A stretch of 63,825 nucleotides of DNA, counting the filler, from Collodictyon triciliatum (Eukaryota): the NCBI GenBank assembly GCA_043381765.1. It is 8 parts of 8 records of this genome, joined end to end, with 100 filler letters (N's around TTAATTAATTAA, not from the genome) between each part and the next. Parts side by side here need not be neighbours in the genome. Positions count along the whole stretch, not along the records: positions 8,589 to 17,077 come from JBHJMP010003406.1; positions 17,178 to 25,656 come from JBHJMP010003407.1; 6 more parts are not named here. One strand, written 5' to 3'. Below, in pieces: positions 11,589 to 24,649 of the stretch. Each line of letters starts with the position of its first letter. Positions within the stretch are counted from its first letter, which is position 1. The notes under the pieces were generated by a model. The model saw only the letters and a list, made by a program, of their open reading frames with translations, had not been told where the DNA came from and searched no databases. Both the position numbers and the translations under genes were made by a program.

Positions 11589-12025
11589 ATGTTCTTCACA
11601 ATCAAGAAAAAAACGGACGCCAACGCAGGCGTAAAACCGGCGAACTCCCAAAGCGCTGCTGAGCTTCGTGTTATGACTGGTTCTCATTCCTCCTCTCCTT
11701 TTCCCACCATTTCGCTTCTTTTTCTATCCCCCTCTCTTCCTTATTTTTCTTCTTTTCTTCTTTTCTTCCTTTATTAAATATTTACATAGATTCGTTAGAT
11801 TTTCTGTCTTCACAAACAAAACAATATATATTATGCACAGACATGAAGGAGTTCGCTCTGCCGTCGTCTATCCAAGTAGAGTACCCAAACCCAAGTGACA
11901 TCCTCAATTTCAACGTGTCTATTCGGCCACCCGATGGGCTCTATGCTGGAGCTGCTTTTGCGTTCACTGTTGCCGTTCCTGCGGACTATCCGTACAACCC
12001 TCCGAAAGTCCAATGCAAGAATACG
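11589..12025 (+). CDS. UBC12: NEDD8-conjugating E2 enzyme Ubc12/UBE2M, 3'-partial (runs into gap)
   Basis: Exons 11589-11679 and 11841-12025 give MFFTIKKK...SAAELRVMT|DMKEFALP...PNPSDILNFNVSIRPPDGLYAGAAFAFTVAVPADYPYNPPKVQCKNT. The basic N-terminal extension and SAAxLR motif are typical of NEDD8 E2s. Confidence 0.8.
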
Positions 12026-12605
12026 GTTGAGCTTTTCATTTCTCTTTTATTTTTTTATTTTGTTGATATTTCACCGTGCTTATATATACTGGATTTTATT
12101 TATTTTAATGAATGGGTTTCCTCTCTTANNNNNNNNNNNNNNNNNNNNNNNNNNNNNNNNNNNNNNNNNNNNNNNNNNNNNNNNNNNNNNNNNNNNNNNN
12201 NNNNNNNNNNNNNNNNNNNNNNNNNNNNNNNNNNNNNNNNNNNNNNNNNNNNNNNNNNNNNNNNNNNNNNNNNNNNNNNNNNNNNNNNNNNNNNNNNNNN
12301 NNNNNNNNNNNNNNNNNNNNNNNNNNNNNNNNNNNNNNNNNNNNNNNNNNNNNNNNNNNNNNNNNNNNNNNNNNNNNNNNNNNNNNNNNNNNNNNNNNNN
12401 NNNNNNNNNNNNNNNNNNNNNNNNNNNNNNNNNNNNNNNNNNNNNNNNNNNNNNNNNNNNNNNNNNNNNNNNNNNNNNNNNNNNNNNNNNNNNNNNNNNN
12501 NNNNNNNNNNNNNNNNNCGGGCTAGCCTCAGATAATTAAATATAGAAGGGTATACACGCATACATATGGCGGGGTTAAAGGTATCACATAAATTAGGGTA
12601 CAAAC

Positions 12606-14031
12606 ATGGAGGGATTCTCGTGTGAAGCATACAATCTCATAGTATTTTGAGAGCTCATCGAGAAATTCATCAACATGAGGGCGCTTCATGGTCCTCCATC
12701 CGTGTTTCCACTTATTTATCCGAATTGTGCAATGTTGAGACATGGACTCCGCAATAAGAATAAAAATAAAGAAAAGAAAATAAAGAAAATAAAAGGACTC
12801 ATACATCCCAAACTGAGTGAACTAAAAATCCCTCCAAATCAATAACAAGAGTGTACGGTTGCTGGTATTCGGGCAGTGGGTCGGGAAGTAGTTTATCATC
12901 GATGGGGCGTTGTACGGACTGATCAATTAATTTTAGCGACAGAAAAATCAGCATACCAGTATTTCAATTTCCATGATTCGATTCAAAAGAATAATAACAA
13001 TACAAATTGTATTAGGCATCATTTTATGTTTTCAAAATCACCGATAAGTATTAATTTAGGACAATGGCCAAATTAAGGTGCATAGCCTTGATTGAATGTA
13101 TGATAACTTCATTTTTTTGTTTCTTTTTTTGATTTTTTTGATTTTTTTGATTTTCTTTCGCTTTTTTTTCCTTCATTCGATTCAAAGAGATTTTCTTTCG
13201 CTTTAATCAATAGTCATATCCTCAGTATATACACATGCTTTTGCATTTGCAAAGTATGTCTATATTGTAAATGGTCGATTAAGAACTCACCGCTGTGTAG
13301 TCGTTTATTCTGTCAAAGCTTTGCGACACGATTTTTGGATCCTTATAGATTTCATACCCAAGATCTTGAGTATATCATATTAAATAGCAGAAAGAAAAAA
13401 ATGTCAAGTCAGGGTTTTGATGTCTGGAGGGGGGAAGAAATTCTTTTGACCAACATGCAATGTCCATTTTCAACCTTTAAGTCTGAAATACTGTGGAAGT
13501 TTGTGAGATAGAGCAAAGCGATAGATTGAGATAGATGTGTATAGAATACATTGAATAAAGCGACGTCTAAAAACAGTCATACAAATATTAATGAGGAGAG
13601 TGGCAAACAAAAACAAAAAGGAGCAATTTAGACGAGAAAAAATAATAGCCCCGAACATGCAACTCCTGCGACGAAACCACCAGCGAAAAGATACTTTGAT
13701 ATCAGTCCAAAGAGAGATGTTGGAGGTTTTGGGCCGGGCGAAGATGCTACAGTCTCAGCAGACTGGGCAATATTGGCTTTCGATTGCGAGAGTAGGTCGC
13801 GTGGATTGATTCGAGGTTGACTATTAGCTGCGACGGGTGTTTGCGGTGAGCTCGCTGGTGTTTTTTCTTGGGGAGGCTTTGAAGAAAAAAGTCTGAATCC
13901 GTGGCTTTTAGGCTTAGAAATCCGAAGTGCTTGAAAGCCTGCTCCAAGGGCTGTAGAATGGGCAAAAGACAATAGTTTTTTTTTATTTAAAAAAAAAGGA
14001 AAGAATCACTAACTTTTCTCCACATCCTCAT
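12606..14031 (-). CDS. TIM50: Mitochondrial import inner membrane translocase subunit Tim50, 3'-partial; start codon uncertain
   Basis: Presequence-like [17 protein letters not shown] segment [19 protein letters not shown], then [61 protein letters not shown] (FCP1-like NIF domain). Confidence 0.85.
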
Positions 14032-14490
14032 GCACCTTTACTTTTCATCTTTTTGTACTGATGGAAGAAAACGAAGAGGAAAAGGAAGGAGATACATGTC
14101 GTTTTGTTTTATTATTGTCAATCAAGGGAAACGAAGCATGCGTTGTGAAAATGAGTCAGTCAGTGGAAGAAGAAAAAATGAAGCGAAAATAAAGTCATAT
14201 TGAGAGTTGCTTTAATATATATGAGAGAGAGAAACGTATAGAGCAGTATAAAAAAAAACCTTTCGTGTTGTTCAACATGCGTGACAGAGAAAGCATCTAT
14301 TTGGGTTGAGTAACGATGTTGAGTGAGAGGTCATGTGATCGGAAATGGAAAAAATAAATAGCTTGGTATTTGGCATGCAAAGGGAAAGGTTTTCAAGGAC
14401 AGGTGTATCGGTAGTGTCGTCAAGCGATTCAACTGCCCGTTTGCGAGAAAAAAATGGCACGTGATTTTTGTGTAACGACACAGACAGAAG

Positions 14491-14747
14491 ATTTTTCTTC
14501 ACTTTTTCTCTTTTTCTTTTTCTTTTTCATTTTCATTTTCATTTTCATTTTCTTTTTCTTTTTCTTTTTCTTTTTCTTTTCTTTTTCTTTTTCTTTTCTT
14601 TTTCTTTTTCTTTTTCTTTTTCTTTTTCTTTTTCTTTTCTTTTTCTTTTCCTTTTCCTTTTCCTTTTCCTTTTCCTTTTCCTTTTCCTTTTCCTTTTCCT
14701 TTTCCTTTTCCTTTTCCTTTTCCTTTTCCTTTTCCTTTTCCTTTTTC
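14491..14747. repeat. (TTTTTC)n/(TTTTCC)n microsatellite
   Basis: Directly visible. Confidence 0.85.
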
Positions 14748-15477
14748 CAGGTTCGATCGCAGGATGCTTGTCGGTCGGCAAGGGGACTTTGGGGCTCTGC
14801 TGCAGGATTCTTTCCACAAAGAGCTTGTTGCGCCCTCGCTTGTGGTGTGGTTGATTCGATCTTATTCAGCCGAAGCAAATGTTGCGTCACTTAATATACG
14901 TGGAATTTAATTTTAATGAATTCTATTGAAACAATTAATGGGTACTAATTCCCTAGTGTCTTGCATTAATTGTGATGTAGACATATACATCATATTATAG
15001 TGCTATCAAGGCCGACCAGCTATGTGTTCACGTACATAGCCAGAGAGCCAATGAAGGGAGAGTATCGACATCAATAACCATCCCCAAAACCCACAAGCAG
15101 TGTAGAGACATTCTGGTTCAACAACCAATATATAGTTCTCACCACGGATCCAAGGCGATCTTCGCTTCGTGGAGGGACGCTAGCCGGTTGGAGATTGCAA
15201 GGCCGCACAGCAAACTCCGGCCCAGGGAGGATCAACTCGCTACACACACAATCCTAAGCCAAGAGACCTTTTGGATCCTAACATAGCCCCGTCCCCGTTT
15301 CATCCTTATGTTGCTTGGAGAAGCGAAGTTGCTTGACTCTTTGATCTTACAATCCTCAAGAAACCGAACAAAAGAAAAAGAAATACTAAAACAAAAGACG
15401 CAGTAAACAAAGAAAGGAAAACACTATTAACATAGGCACACCAGAGCGCGACAAACCACCAAGCCCGATCCCGTGAA

Positions 15478-16452
15478 ATGAGCTATCAGCCCGACATGCC
15501 CGACTTGCCCATAGCGCCATCCTTCGGCTTTGGGCGAGAATGTATTGTCCCTCTGACTTACGACGCCATCAAATCTGAATACGAACTATTTCTCGAGGTG
15601 AGTCTACGAAAGCAAATCCTCCCCCAACTGGTGGTGAAGCAGTTCAGTGTGGAGATGCTCTATCACATCGAGGAGGACCTCAACAAAGTCCGCGACGACA
15701 TCCGCAAACTGATGCACCTGAATCCGCACCCAAACCTCGCACCGTACCTGGGGTTCTTCTGCCACCAGAACCAGCTTCACATAGTGCGGGCTTTTGCCGA
15801 GGGTGTTCCACTGCTCGAGGTGTTGGACAAAGGACTCGACATGCAAATTCACCTGCGCATAGCCATGCAGATAGCAAACGCCACACGCTATCTGATGAAG
15901 CAGCTGCCTCGCTTGCTCGATGGTGGTATGGAGTTTTCTGAGGAGCCGCTGTCCTGCCGCAACTTCATCTACGATGCAAACAAGCAGATCGTTGTCCTGG
16001 TAGATTATCAGCTGCAAACTCTACGTGGGTCAGTCCAGATGAAGTGGGATCAGCTGAATCGGGCATCCAGAGGGATGCTGATGTACCCTCCTGAGCTGAT
16101 GCGCACAGCCTTATACGCGGGAGAGCAAAGCGTTGTTTACAACCTTGCCCTTATCTCATATCAGATACTTATGAAAAGAAAGGTTAATGTCCGCCGCTTT
16201 CATATCAAGGAAATACCTGATGAGCGCTTTAGGGATGCCTTGGAAATTAATTTGAACCAGGAGCCCGACAACCGCTGGATGCTGCCTAAATGGATCAGCT
16301 TCTTGAGATGCTATTATGATGTCTGGTTACTCCTAACCACATATACATCTTCTATTTCTTATCTTTTCCTTCATATATACCCACACACAAGGCAGACTGG
16401 GACCGAGGATTTGTCACGAGTGCCTCCTCCCCTCCCCCCTCCCCCAAACTAG
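15478..16452 (+). CDS. TKL-like pseudokinase; termini may be altered by splicing
   Basis: LVVKQF, HPNLAPYLG, LHIVRAFAEG, IAMQIANATRYL, EEPLSCRNF in place of HRDLxxRN, VDYQ in place of DFG, YPPE and SVVYNLALISYQI. Confidence 0.7.
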   Translation: MSYQPDMPDLPIAPSFGFGRECIVPLTYDAIKSEYELFLEVSLRKQILPQLVVKQFSVEMLYHIEEDLNKVRDDIRKLMHLNPHPNLAPYLGFFCHQNQLHIVRAFAEGVPLLEVLDKGLDMQIHLRIAMQIANATRYLMKQLPRLLDGGMEFSEEPLSCRNFIYDANKQIVVLVDYQLQTLRGSVQMKWDQLNRASRGMLMYPPELMRTALYAGEQSVVYNLALISYQILMKRKVNVRRFHIKEIPDERFRDALEINLNQEPDNRWMLPKWISFLRCYYDVWLLLTTYTSSISYLFLHIYPHTRQTGTEDLSRVPPPLPPPPN

Positions 16453-17177
16453 CATTTTACCAAATCATGAGAACGTTTAAAATTCAATTTTGAATCCGTA
16501 TAGGACTTCACATATGGTGAGTGCACTGCGTACGATCTTGAGGGGAATATTCAGGCGTGCATCGAGGGAGAAGCAATTATGAAGCTTGCTCGTGTAATAC
16601 TTTTATTCACTGATATAGCAATACTGCCAGAAAAGGAACAATATAGAACAAGTAACCATGAAAAGATGAGGTTGTAACAGAAGATGTAAATATCGAATAT
16701 TCGACTCAAAAAATTTATTCTAAGAGTACTCGATTCTTGGCATTCTGCAAGTTTTTGTAATGGCGTTATTGTGTGTGTGTGTTTTTTTTTTGTTTTCTTG
16801 TACGAAAACTAGGAACCTCCACTTGAATATCTTGAACATCCCGATTCTGGCGATACAAACCCAGCTGTCCCTAACGCTGGTGGATTGATGAGACCCGGAG
16901 ATCATGGGCCGACAAGATTCACAAAACAACCCACTTCGTTTGCAAGAGATCTTTTGAGGGACCAACTACGTATATTCATCCATACAAATATTGATCACGA
17001 CGAGGACAATTTCAACTAACCCCCCCCCCCCCCAAAAAAAAAAAAAAAAAAAAAAAAAAGGAAATAAAAAAAAAACCNNNNNNNNNNNNNNNNNNNNNNN
17101 NNNNNNNNNNNNNNNNNNNNNTTAATTAATTAANNNNNNNNNNNNNNNNNNNNNNNNNNNNNNNNNNNNNNNNNNNN

Positions 17178-17467
17178 TTGGTCTTGGTCTTGGTCTTGGT
17201 CTTGGTCTTGGTCTTGGTCTTGGTCTTGGTCTTGGTCTTGGTCTTGGTCTTGGTCTTGGTCTTGGTCTTGGTCTTGGTCTTGGTCTTGGTCTTGGTCTTG
17301 GTCTTGGTCTTGGTCTTGGTCTTGGTCTTGGTCTTGGTCTTAGTCTTAGTCTTGGTCTTGGTCTTGGTCTTGGTCTTGGTTTTGGTTTTGGTTTTGGTTT
17401 TGGTTTTGGTTTTGGTTTTGGTTTTGGTTTTGGTTTTGGTTTTGGTTTTGGTTTTGGTTTTGGTTTG
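17178..17467. repeat. (TTGGTC)n grading into (TTGGTT)n microsatellite
   Basis: Directly visible at the scaffold start. Confidence 0.9.
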
Positions 17468-17561
17468 TGTATCAATATTTGCTAGTTGCTTGAATTATCA
17501 TGTAATCTGTTTGTAAGCAAATAAAAGTCACCATATAATTTTAAAAAAAAAATACATGTAG

Positions 17562-20500
17562 GGTACAAACATATCCGAGTGGCTCAAGTTGGATTTTGAG
17601 AGGTGGGGAGACATTCTTTCCAGAAATCCGAGGTAGTGGTGAGTGGGATAGAGTTATGATGGGAATAGCGCAATCTTCTAGACGTTGTGGAAACTATAAG
17701 ACATGCTTGATGGCTTTAGAGGTTCTTTTGTATCCATTTTATCTTTATTTTTGATCAATTAGTTCAAAGCCATGCTATCGATAGGTATATATATATATAT
17801 ATTGGTTCATCTTTAAATTGCAATACGTTGTTATCTATTAGAAAGTCAGTGATCTGCAAATAATGAGTGATTACGAACGTGCTCTCTGTAATATGGATCA
17901 AAGTCCGTTGAAGATTTCTCTACTATTGAATTTTTGTGAATCATACTGGAGGAAAGACGAAACATCTGCAAGATTGGGCGTGAAAGAGAGCATTATCAAC
18001 ACATTCGATGCCAGAAAGAATCAAAAATATCACAGAAAAGACTCACCAGATACAAACTCACTTATTCTCACAGACGCAGTTTTTAGAATATTTGATTGTT
18101 GTCTATCTTTGCAATCTTCAGATAGGATTGCAGCATTTAGAAAATTATCTGATATTATTGGCTACACTGCAACCGATGACATTTATGTATTATTGCTTGA
18201 AATTTTCTCTATTCTCCCTTCTTTTTTTTTATTACAAAGCAATTATTGCTTGAATCTTTTTATTCTAAAAAAAAAAAAAAAACACAGGTGTTTTTAGCTT
18301 GTGGAAGCATTTTAATTACATTATGAATATAGGCTGTTTTCGATGAATTGGCGACCATATCCTTGAGAGTGCCTGACGTCCATCCCGGGCTGTTAAATCG
18401 GATTTCAGACTGGTTTTTCGGCCGTGGGTGTCGAAATGTAGCTCTTTTTACCCAACCCGAGATTAATTATGACCCGTCATCATCAGACCTTAATCAGATA
18501 CGATTGGTTTTAGAAGATTACAATAGCAGAACAGGTTTGTCTCCCAAAATGTCATTTAATTGTATGCATTTTTGGTTTCTCATCATATTGATGCAGAGAA
18601 ATCGCAATACGAGCAAAACAAACTGATTCTTGATTTGGTGAGAATCATTCCTTTGATCACAGAAGATGTTGAGGTAGCAGTATTTTGGTTTTTATCCTAC
18701 GATGTCATCACCTCAGAACTTTTCTTTTATATTCTGGCATATATATTTCTCACTTTAGGCTTTAAAAAAGAAATACCCTCTTTTTAATAATACCCTATTG
18801 TCGTTAAACGTTTCTCGATTTCAAAAATGAAGATTGTGAATAAATCAAAGCTAAGCGCTCTCTTGCAGGCATCCAACAGTGTCATTCTACCTTTGATTAA
18901 CCAATGTGTATCTGATCTGTGTGAGTTGGAGGCTAATGGAGTCTTTGATGCTCTCGTAGAACTTAGAAGAACAACTATGCTCCACTTCAAAGTAAGTCTA
19001 TATCATGTCTCTATTCCCTTTTCTTTTAAAAAAAAAAAAAGCAAGTTCATTTCATTACTGGGTGTATGATAATATTATTCATTTTCATTTGTTTCATGAT
19101 GATGGTATGTTTTAGACCGCTTTGAAGTTTGAATTTGAATCCATGATTGCACCCGATTGGAGAGATATGACTGGTCTTCGTCTGGATAACACACTAACAA
19201 ATTGGTCAAAACCCTGCAAGTTGAAGTCGCCTTTGAGGATTTTGCGGTTTGTTGAATTACGACTTAAAAGGAATACCCCAGTAAAATATCACATCTATAC
19301 TGAATTGCTTTTGGGCAGGATATTGGCTCTGTCGGGTTCATACCTGAATGATGTTTTTGAGTCTTACCTATCAAAGACAACCTCTCGTGATTGGATAAAT
19401 GTTATCCCGCAGGTATGATTGTCGATTTTTTATGTTGGTATTTTTCTTTTTAAAAAAATAAATTACCACTCATTGGAATATATGCACTTGATTTCATAGC
19501 TTTTTTCGTACATCAACAACCCATCCATGTTTATGAGGTCAGTAAGTAGCAGAATTTTGATGATTCTCGCATGTGAAACACCGGAATCAGTGGTGAGCTA
19601 ATCATGGATTGTACTGATGGTTTTCTATCCTTCATATCTAATTTATATATTATAAACTGATTGGATTTTAAACTGAATGCATTTAAATATATTACAAGAT
19701 ATACCAAGTATTTGAGAGGCTTTCCAACGATTCCCAGCAAGGCATTATTTCAGGTCGTTATTTAATTTATTTATTTTTTGCTTCTTTTTTCATTTGAAAG
19801 TGTGAGCTTAGTTATATCATAGTACTAATATCATAAAAGTTTTTTTAAAAAAAAATAAAAAAAAAAGCATTAACTTTCAGAAAAATTCACATAATAGACA
19901 TGTTTTCGCACATGACTCGGAAACTTCCTGACATGATGGCAGCGACGAAGGTTTTTGTCCATGAATGCACTCGAATTTCAATTTTATGGGATGAAATATG
20001 GATTCGAATATCGCCAAAGGTAATTGCGTTATAAATAAATTAAACGTTCTTTCGCAATTCCAAGTATATACGGACTCCCACTTCAATTATACCGTTATGA
20101 GAAATTTCTGTTGTGTCCAGATTACTGCGGAATGTTCCATTATATCGCGAAAGCTTAAAGAGGCAAATAGAGCAAGCAACCCAACAAATAGCAAAGAAGT
20201 TAAGGTATTATAGTGTATAAATTAGTTTTTATTTTCTTCCTTTTAATTTGTGCAAAATGGGGGAGGTTTTGGCTTTGCACAATTTATGACTGAGTATTTT
20301 GTATTTAAAATACAGAATTTCACTGCTTACATCTTTATCCCCCTGTTTATATATGAGAAAAGATATAAAATCACTTTTCTTTATGACCTTATTGGTTGAA
20401 AACAAAATTCCATGATAAAGTAAGCAAATATTTATACAATCCCTAGATATCCATCGCAAGCGAATTATACCCTAGTTTGGTGGCCCCTCTACTGCACACT

Positions 20501-21263
20501 CTAAGCGAGAAGTTGAGAATCTGTAGCTCACCCGCAGAAACACAGATGGAAAAGAGCTTTCAATTCAAATACCTCAAAAGTAAATTGTATACCTTACGTA
20601 TTACTATCATGAATCCATTATATTTTGCAGTGACATTCAAGATTGCATGGGAAATGAAGAAAACATGCTATCCCTTTTAGACACAAAATTTTGTTGGTGA
20701 CTTTGTGCTCATTACGAAAGTGCAAATCAAAGCCACACTATGTCCATGACTTCTGCTTTTAAAGTTGTACATTTTGTAGATTTGACCGAATATATTGAAC
20801 TACTCAAAACACCATCTGATTTGTCGGATGTTGAGGCCTCATGGAAACCACTTCAAGACGTAATGATGATTTTAAAATAGTTTATACTCATGCCTCAAAT
20901 AAATTTTGATTTGTGGAAGCAGACTATGGAGTATGCCTAACGAAATTAATGTGGATACTTATGAATCACTTTAGTTACTCGCTGAGATGGCATCAATTCA
21001 CTCAAAAAAGCATGAATATACTCTTTCGGATATTTCCCCTGTATTGGCCAAGCTTCCAAATAACCTTGTTAGTCGCCCAGGAGCAACAAACGAAGCAGTA
21101 TGTCATTTTAATCAACCATACTTGGAAGAATGGGTCGGATTACAAGCACTGGATATCGTTGATGATGGTTTTTTGTTTTGTTTTTTGTTTTGTTTTTTGT
21201 TTTGTTTTTTGTTTTGTTTTTTGTTTTGTTTTTTGTTTTGTTTTGTTTTTTGTTTTGTTTTTT

Positions 21264-21323
<60 letters not shown>

Positions 21324-24300
21324 TTTGTTTTATTTTGTTTTATTTTGTTTTATTTTGTTTTATTTTGTTTTATTTTGTTTTATTTTGTTTTATTTTGTTT
21401 TTGATAGGGCAATTCGATTTCGGACAATGTTGATAATGTGGAGTCGCATGTTCGTGTACTTCATTCGAAGACAAAGCCAAAGAAGCTAACCGTCAAGAGC
21501 TCTATGGGTTCAAGCTACTCATATTTGCTGAAGGGAAACGAAGATTTGGTAATTGAAAAATATGGTGAATGAGTTTATTTTATTCGAAAAAATAAATAAA
21601 TAAATAAAGTATCCTGCTTACTTTTCTTTTAATGGATTGGTAAGATATTAAATTGTAAATAGCATTTGGACGAAAGAATCATGCAATTGTGTAGGGCAGT
21701 AAATGAATTATGGAAAATTGATACGGAGGTAACCTTGTGCATAATTGATTGTAACAACGGGCATACGTAACTAATTTTTTATTACATTTCGGTATCTTCA
21801 ATATTTTGCCTGTATTTTACCAAATTTACTGAACTTTTGTTTTTTGATTATTATTATTGTGTCTCTTTTGGGGAACCTTTTGATTCATACCAAAGACCTC
21901 TGTTCGGAAAATCAGAGTCAGAAATTATTCCGTCATTCCACTGAATCAAGATACCGGCCTTTTGGAATGGGTCGATGGGTTAGTGCAAGAAAATATTATG
22001 TCATGCTTGAATCTCGATTAAAAGAAATAAAATTGAACACACAGTACCATCCCGCTGATTGATTTGTATCACAACTGGCAAACTGCAGTATCCATGAGAG
22101 AGTCGATTCACAGTAAGCCCGTCCGTTATCGAATACATTAGCAGTCAACATGTACATGCATGTTAGAATTTCTAAACGCTTTAGCTCTAGTTGTTATAAC
22201 CAACCCAAAAAAATTACATAATTATTTTTAATTAGGCTCTCCAACTCCTCCTACCATCCAGAAACCCATAGAAAACTATCGTGCTCGCATGGTTGTTGCT
22301 TTAAACGAACTAAACTTGAATATAAGCGCCAGAAAGAGTTGGCCTCGTAAAGTAATGGAGACTGTTTACAAAGAGATGAAGAATCAATCCCCAAAGTACT
22401 ATTTCTTACCTTGGTTTACTTTTGCATGCATTCGTTTCGTTAATTTAATGACGTTATTGTTTATGTGACGATTTTGAAGTATGTTTTCCTTCATATAAAA
22501 GAGTTAGAAGAGGGGAGTTTTAAACGTGTATGTCCTCTCTGGGGCACCTCTTTTGTGACGTACTTTGTTTGGAAGAATTTATTTATTGACCTATTGTTTA
22601 TCCATAAACGTAGGTATTTACTCAGCGAAGAGCTTTGGATATCAAGTCGAAGTTTAGAAGATTGGACTTCAAAATGCAGAAACTACAGAATATCGTTGGT
22701 CGCAAATTCAATTTTGGGTACCAGTTCGGCAATTTTCAATTTTTGAGAGAGAGAAACAAAAAAAAATGTGTTATAAAATTTGCAAGTAGTCAATATTTAA
22801 GACTCCCATCTTACCGTGTCCATATAGGCTACTTGATTGGACTCGGTGATAGGCACTTGGGAAACATTCTCTTTGACATGACGACAGGAGAGCTTATTCA
22901 TATTGATTACAGTACGCATTTTGAACCCCACGAATTGATGCATATTTGTGCATGTTTTTTTCTTAAAGGAAAAAAATGTAGTCGATGCAATACGCTATTT
23001 GACCATCAAATGATAATGTGCCGATTTGCCTCGTATTTAATTTGTACGTATCAGGTATCTGTTTTGAGAAAGGAACACAACTGAGGATTCCAGAAAATGT
23101 TTGTGTGGTTTTTGTTTGTGGTTTCTTTTGCAACCTAAATTTCTAATCGATAGGAGTAAAGAATAGCATTTTGCTGTAGTGAATGACATTGCATCTTACA
23201 ATCCACATAGGTTCCCTTCCGACTCACTCCAATTCTTATCGATGCTCTTGGTGTCGCGGGAGTGGAAGGCCCATTCCGAATGGGCGCGGAGCACGCTTTG
23301 AAAACACTTCGAAAGTATATCGCCCATCGCATTTTTCAAACATGAAAAAAAGAAAAGAAAAGAAAAGAGCTATGTTTTTTTTTCTTTATTCGATTCAATG
23401 TAGAAATAACATATGTTGATTATTCAATCTGGCATGATTATTACAACGCAATTTGTTATGATCTTATCAGTTTTTCATGAAAGAAACACATATGTCCTAA
23501 AACATGCAAATTCCTTTGTAAAAGTGGTCAAGACATCATCATCAACACCCTATCTGTTTTTATGAACGACCCACTGCTCGACTGGACTATCACGTATGAA
23601 ATATGCGAGCAATATGTCACTTTTACTTGCATTTTTTGTCTTGATCTAATTTTAAAAAAAAAAAGCGCAAAGGTACTCTATGGCACACTTTAAAGTTATT
23701 GATAGCAAAATCTGCTGTTCACGAAAATCTGGTAATTAGGAACGAGACTCCTAAAGAGAATGAGCTTAATCCACAGGAAGACCAAGCAGATGCCGAAAAT
23801 GTTGTAGTCACAGAAGGTAGGCATTTTCAGCAAATAAGTTGCTGCTGTGTACCTGCCGGTCACTTTTTCTTCTTCCCCGAAAGGAGGCAAATATTTGAAT
23901 CGGAGAGGTTCAGCTTGTCGTATATCAACGGAGAGGGGGAGGGAGGAAAAAAACAAAAATGAAGGGGATGAGACAATCACACATGCGCATACTATTTGGT
24001 AAAGGTATTCGAGGAGTCCGCTATGCAGAGCAAGTCCTTTCCCGCATAGAAACGAAGCTGAAAGGCTTCGACTTTGCGCCAGGAGTCCAGCCACTGTCCA
24101 TCTCAGAGCAGGTCACACATTTCATTGCCACCAAACATTACATACATCACATACATTACACACATCACATACATATGCACCGCCGTAATTCGAGAAAAAG
24201 GGCACGAGAATGAACATGCCGAGGTTCCCCGGACTGAGACTCACATTTCACATAAACGCGGACATAAACATACAAACAGGTTGCACGACTCATTCAAGAG

Positions 24301-24357
24301 TCCACCAGCGACGACAACCTCTGCACCATGTATGAAGGATGGACGCCGTGGATATAG
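17562..24357 (+). CDS. SMG1: PIKK-family kinase SMG1 (nonsense-mediated decay), 5'-partial, many exons
   Basis: FAT-type AQSSRRCGNY and WINVIPQ|LF; SKTKPKKL...YSYLLKGNEDL|HLDERIMQ; GLGDRHLGNIL..IHIDY|SICFEKG; VPFRLT; DPLLDWT; FATC KLKGFD...LSISEQ|VARLIQESTSDDNLCTMYEGWTPWI*. KTKPKKL, HLDERIMQ, IDY and YEGWT.W are SMG1-type signatures. Confidence 0.9.
21168..21402. repeat. Intronic T-rich simple repeats and poly-T inside SMG1
   Basis: Directly visible. Confidence 0.85.
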
Positions 24358-24588
24358 CCGGGGAGAAAGCGCACCAGAGTCACCTGATCGGCCGCTTATA
24401 AAAGCAAGACAAACGGCGCCAAAGCCAGAGACTTGCATCATCCCCGCCAACGCAGCAGAGCGAGCGACAACCAAGAGGAGCACCGATTTCTCTACTGTGA
24501 TTAACTTTTTAGTTTGCATCTCACCACCATTGCACGTCAAGCCACGCCTTACTGTGTACACAGCGAGAGTGAGAGCGAGAGTGAGAGC

Positions 24589-24629
<41 letters not shown>

Positions 24630-24649
24630 AAAGCATGAGAGAAGGCGGA

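Noticed and set aside
10830-17516. Long low-complexity ORFs (poly-F/S, KE, RP, VL) here and elsewhere
   Set aside because: They are translations of microsatellites that contain no stop codons.
17863-24213. Fragmented ORFs suggesting stop-codon reassignment or pseudogenes
   Set aside because: The fragments I traced join through ordinary GT-AG introns, and TAA, TAG and TGA all serve as real terminators (NT-C2 gene, SMG1, ARPC1).
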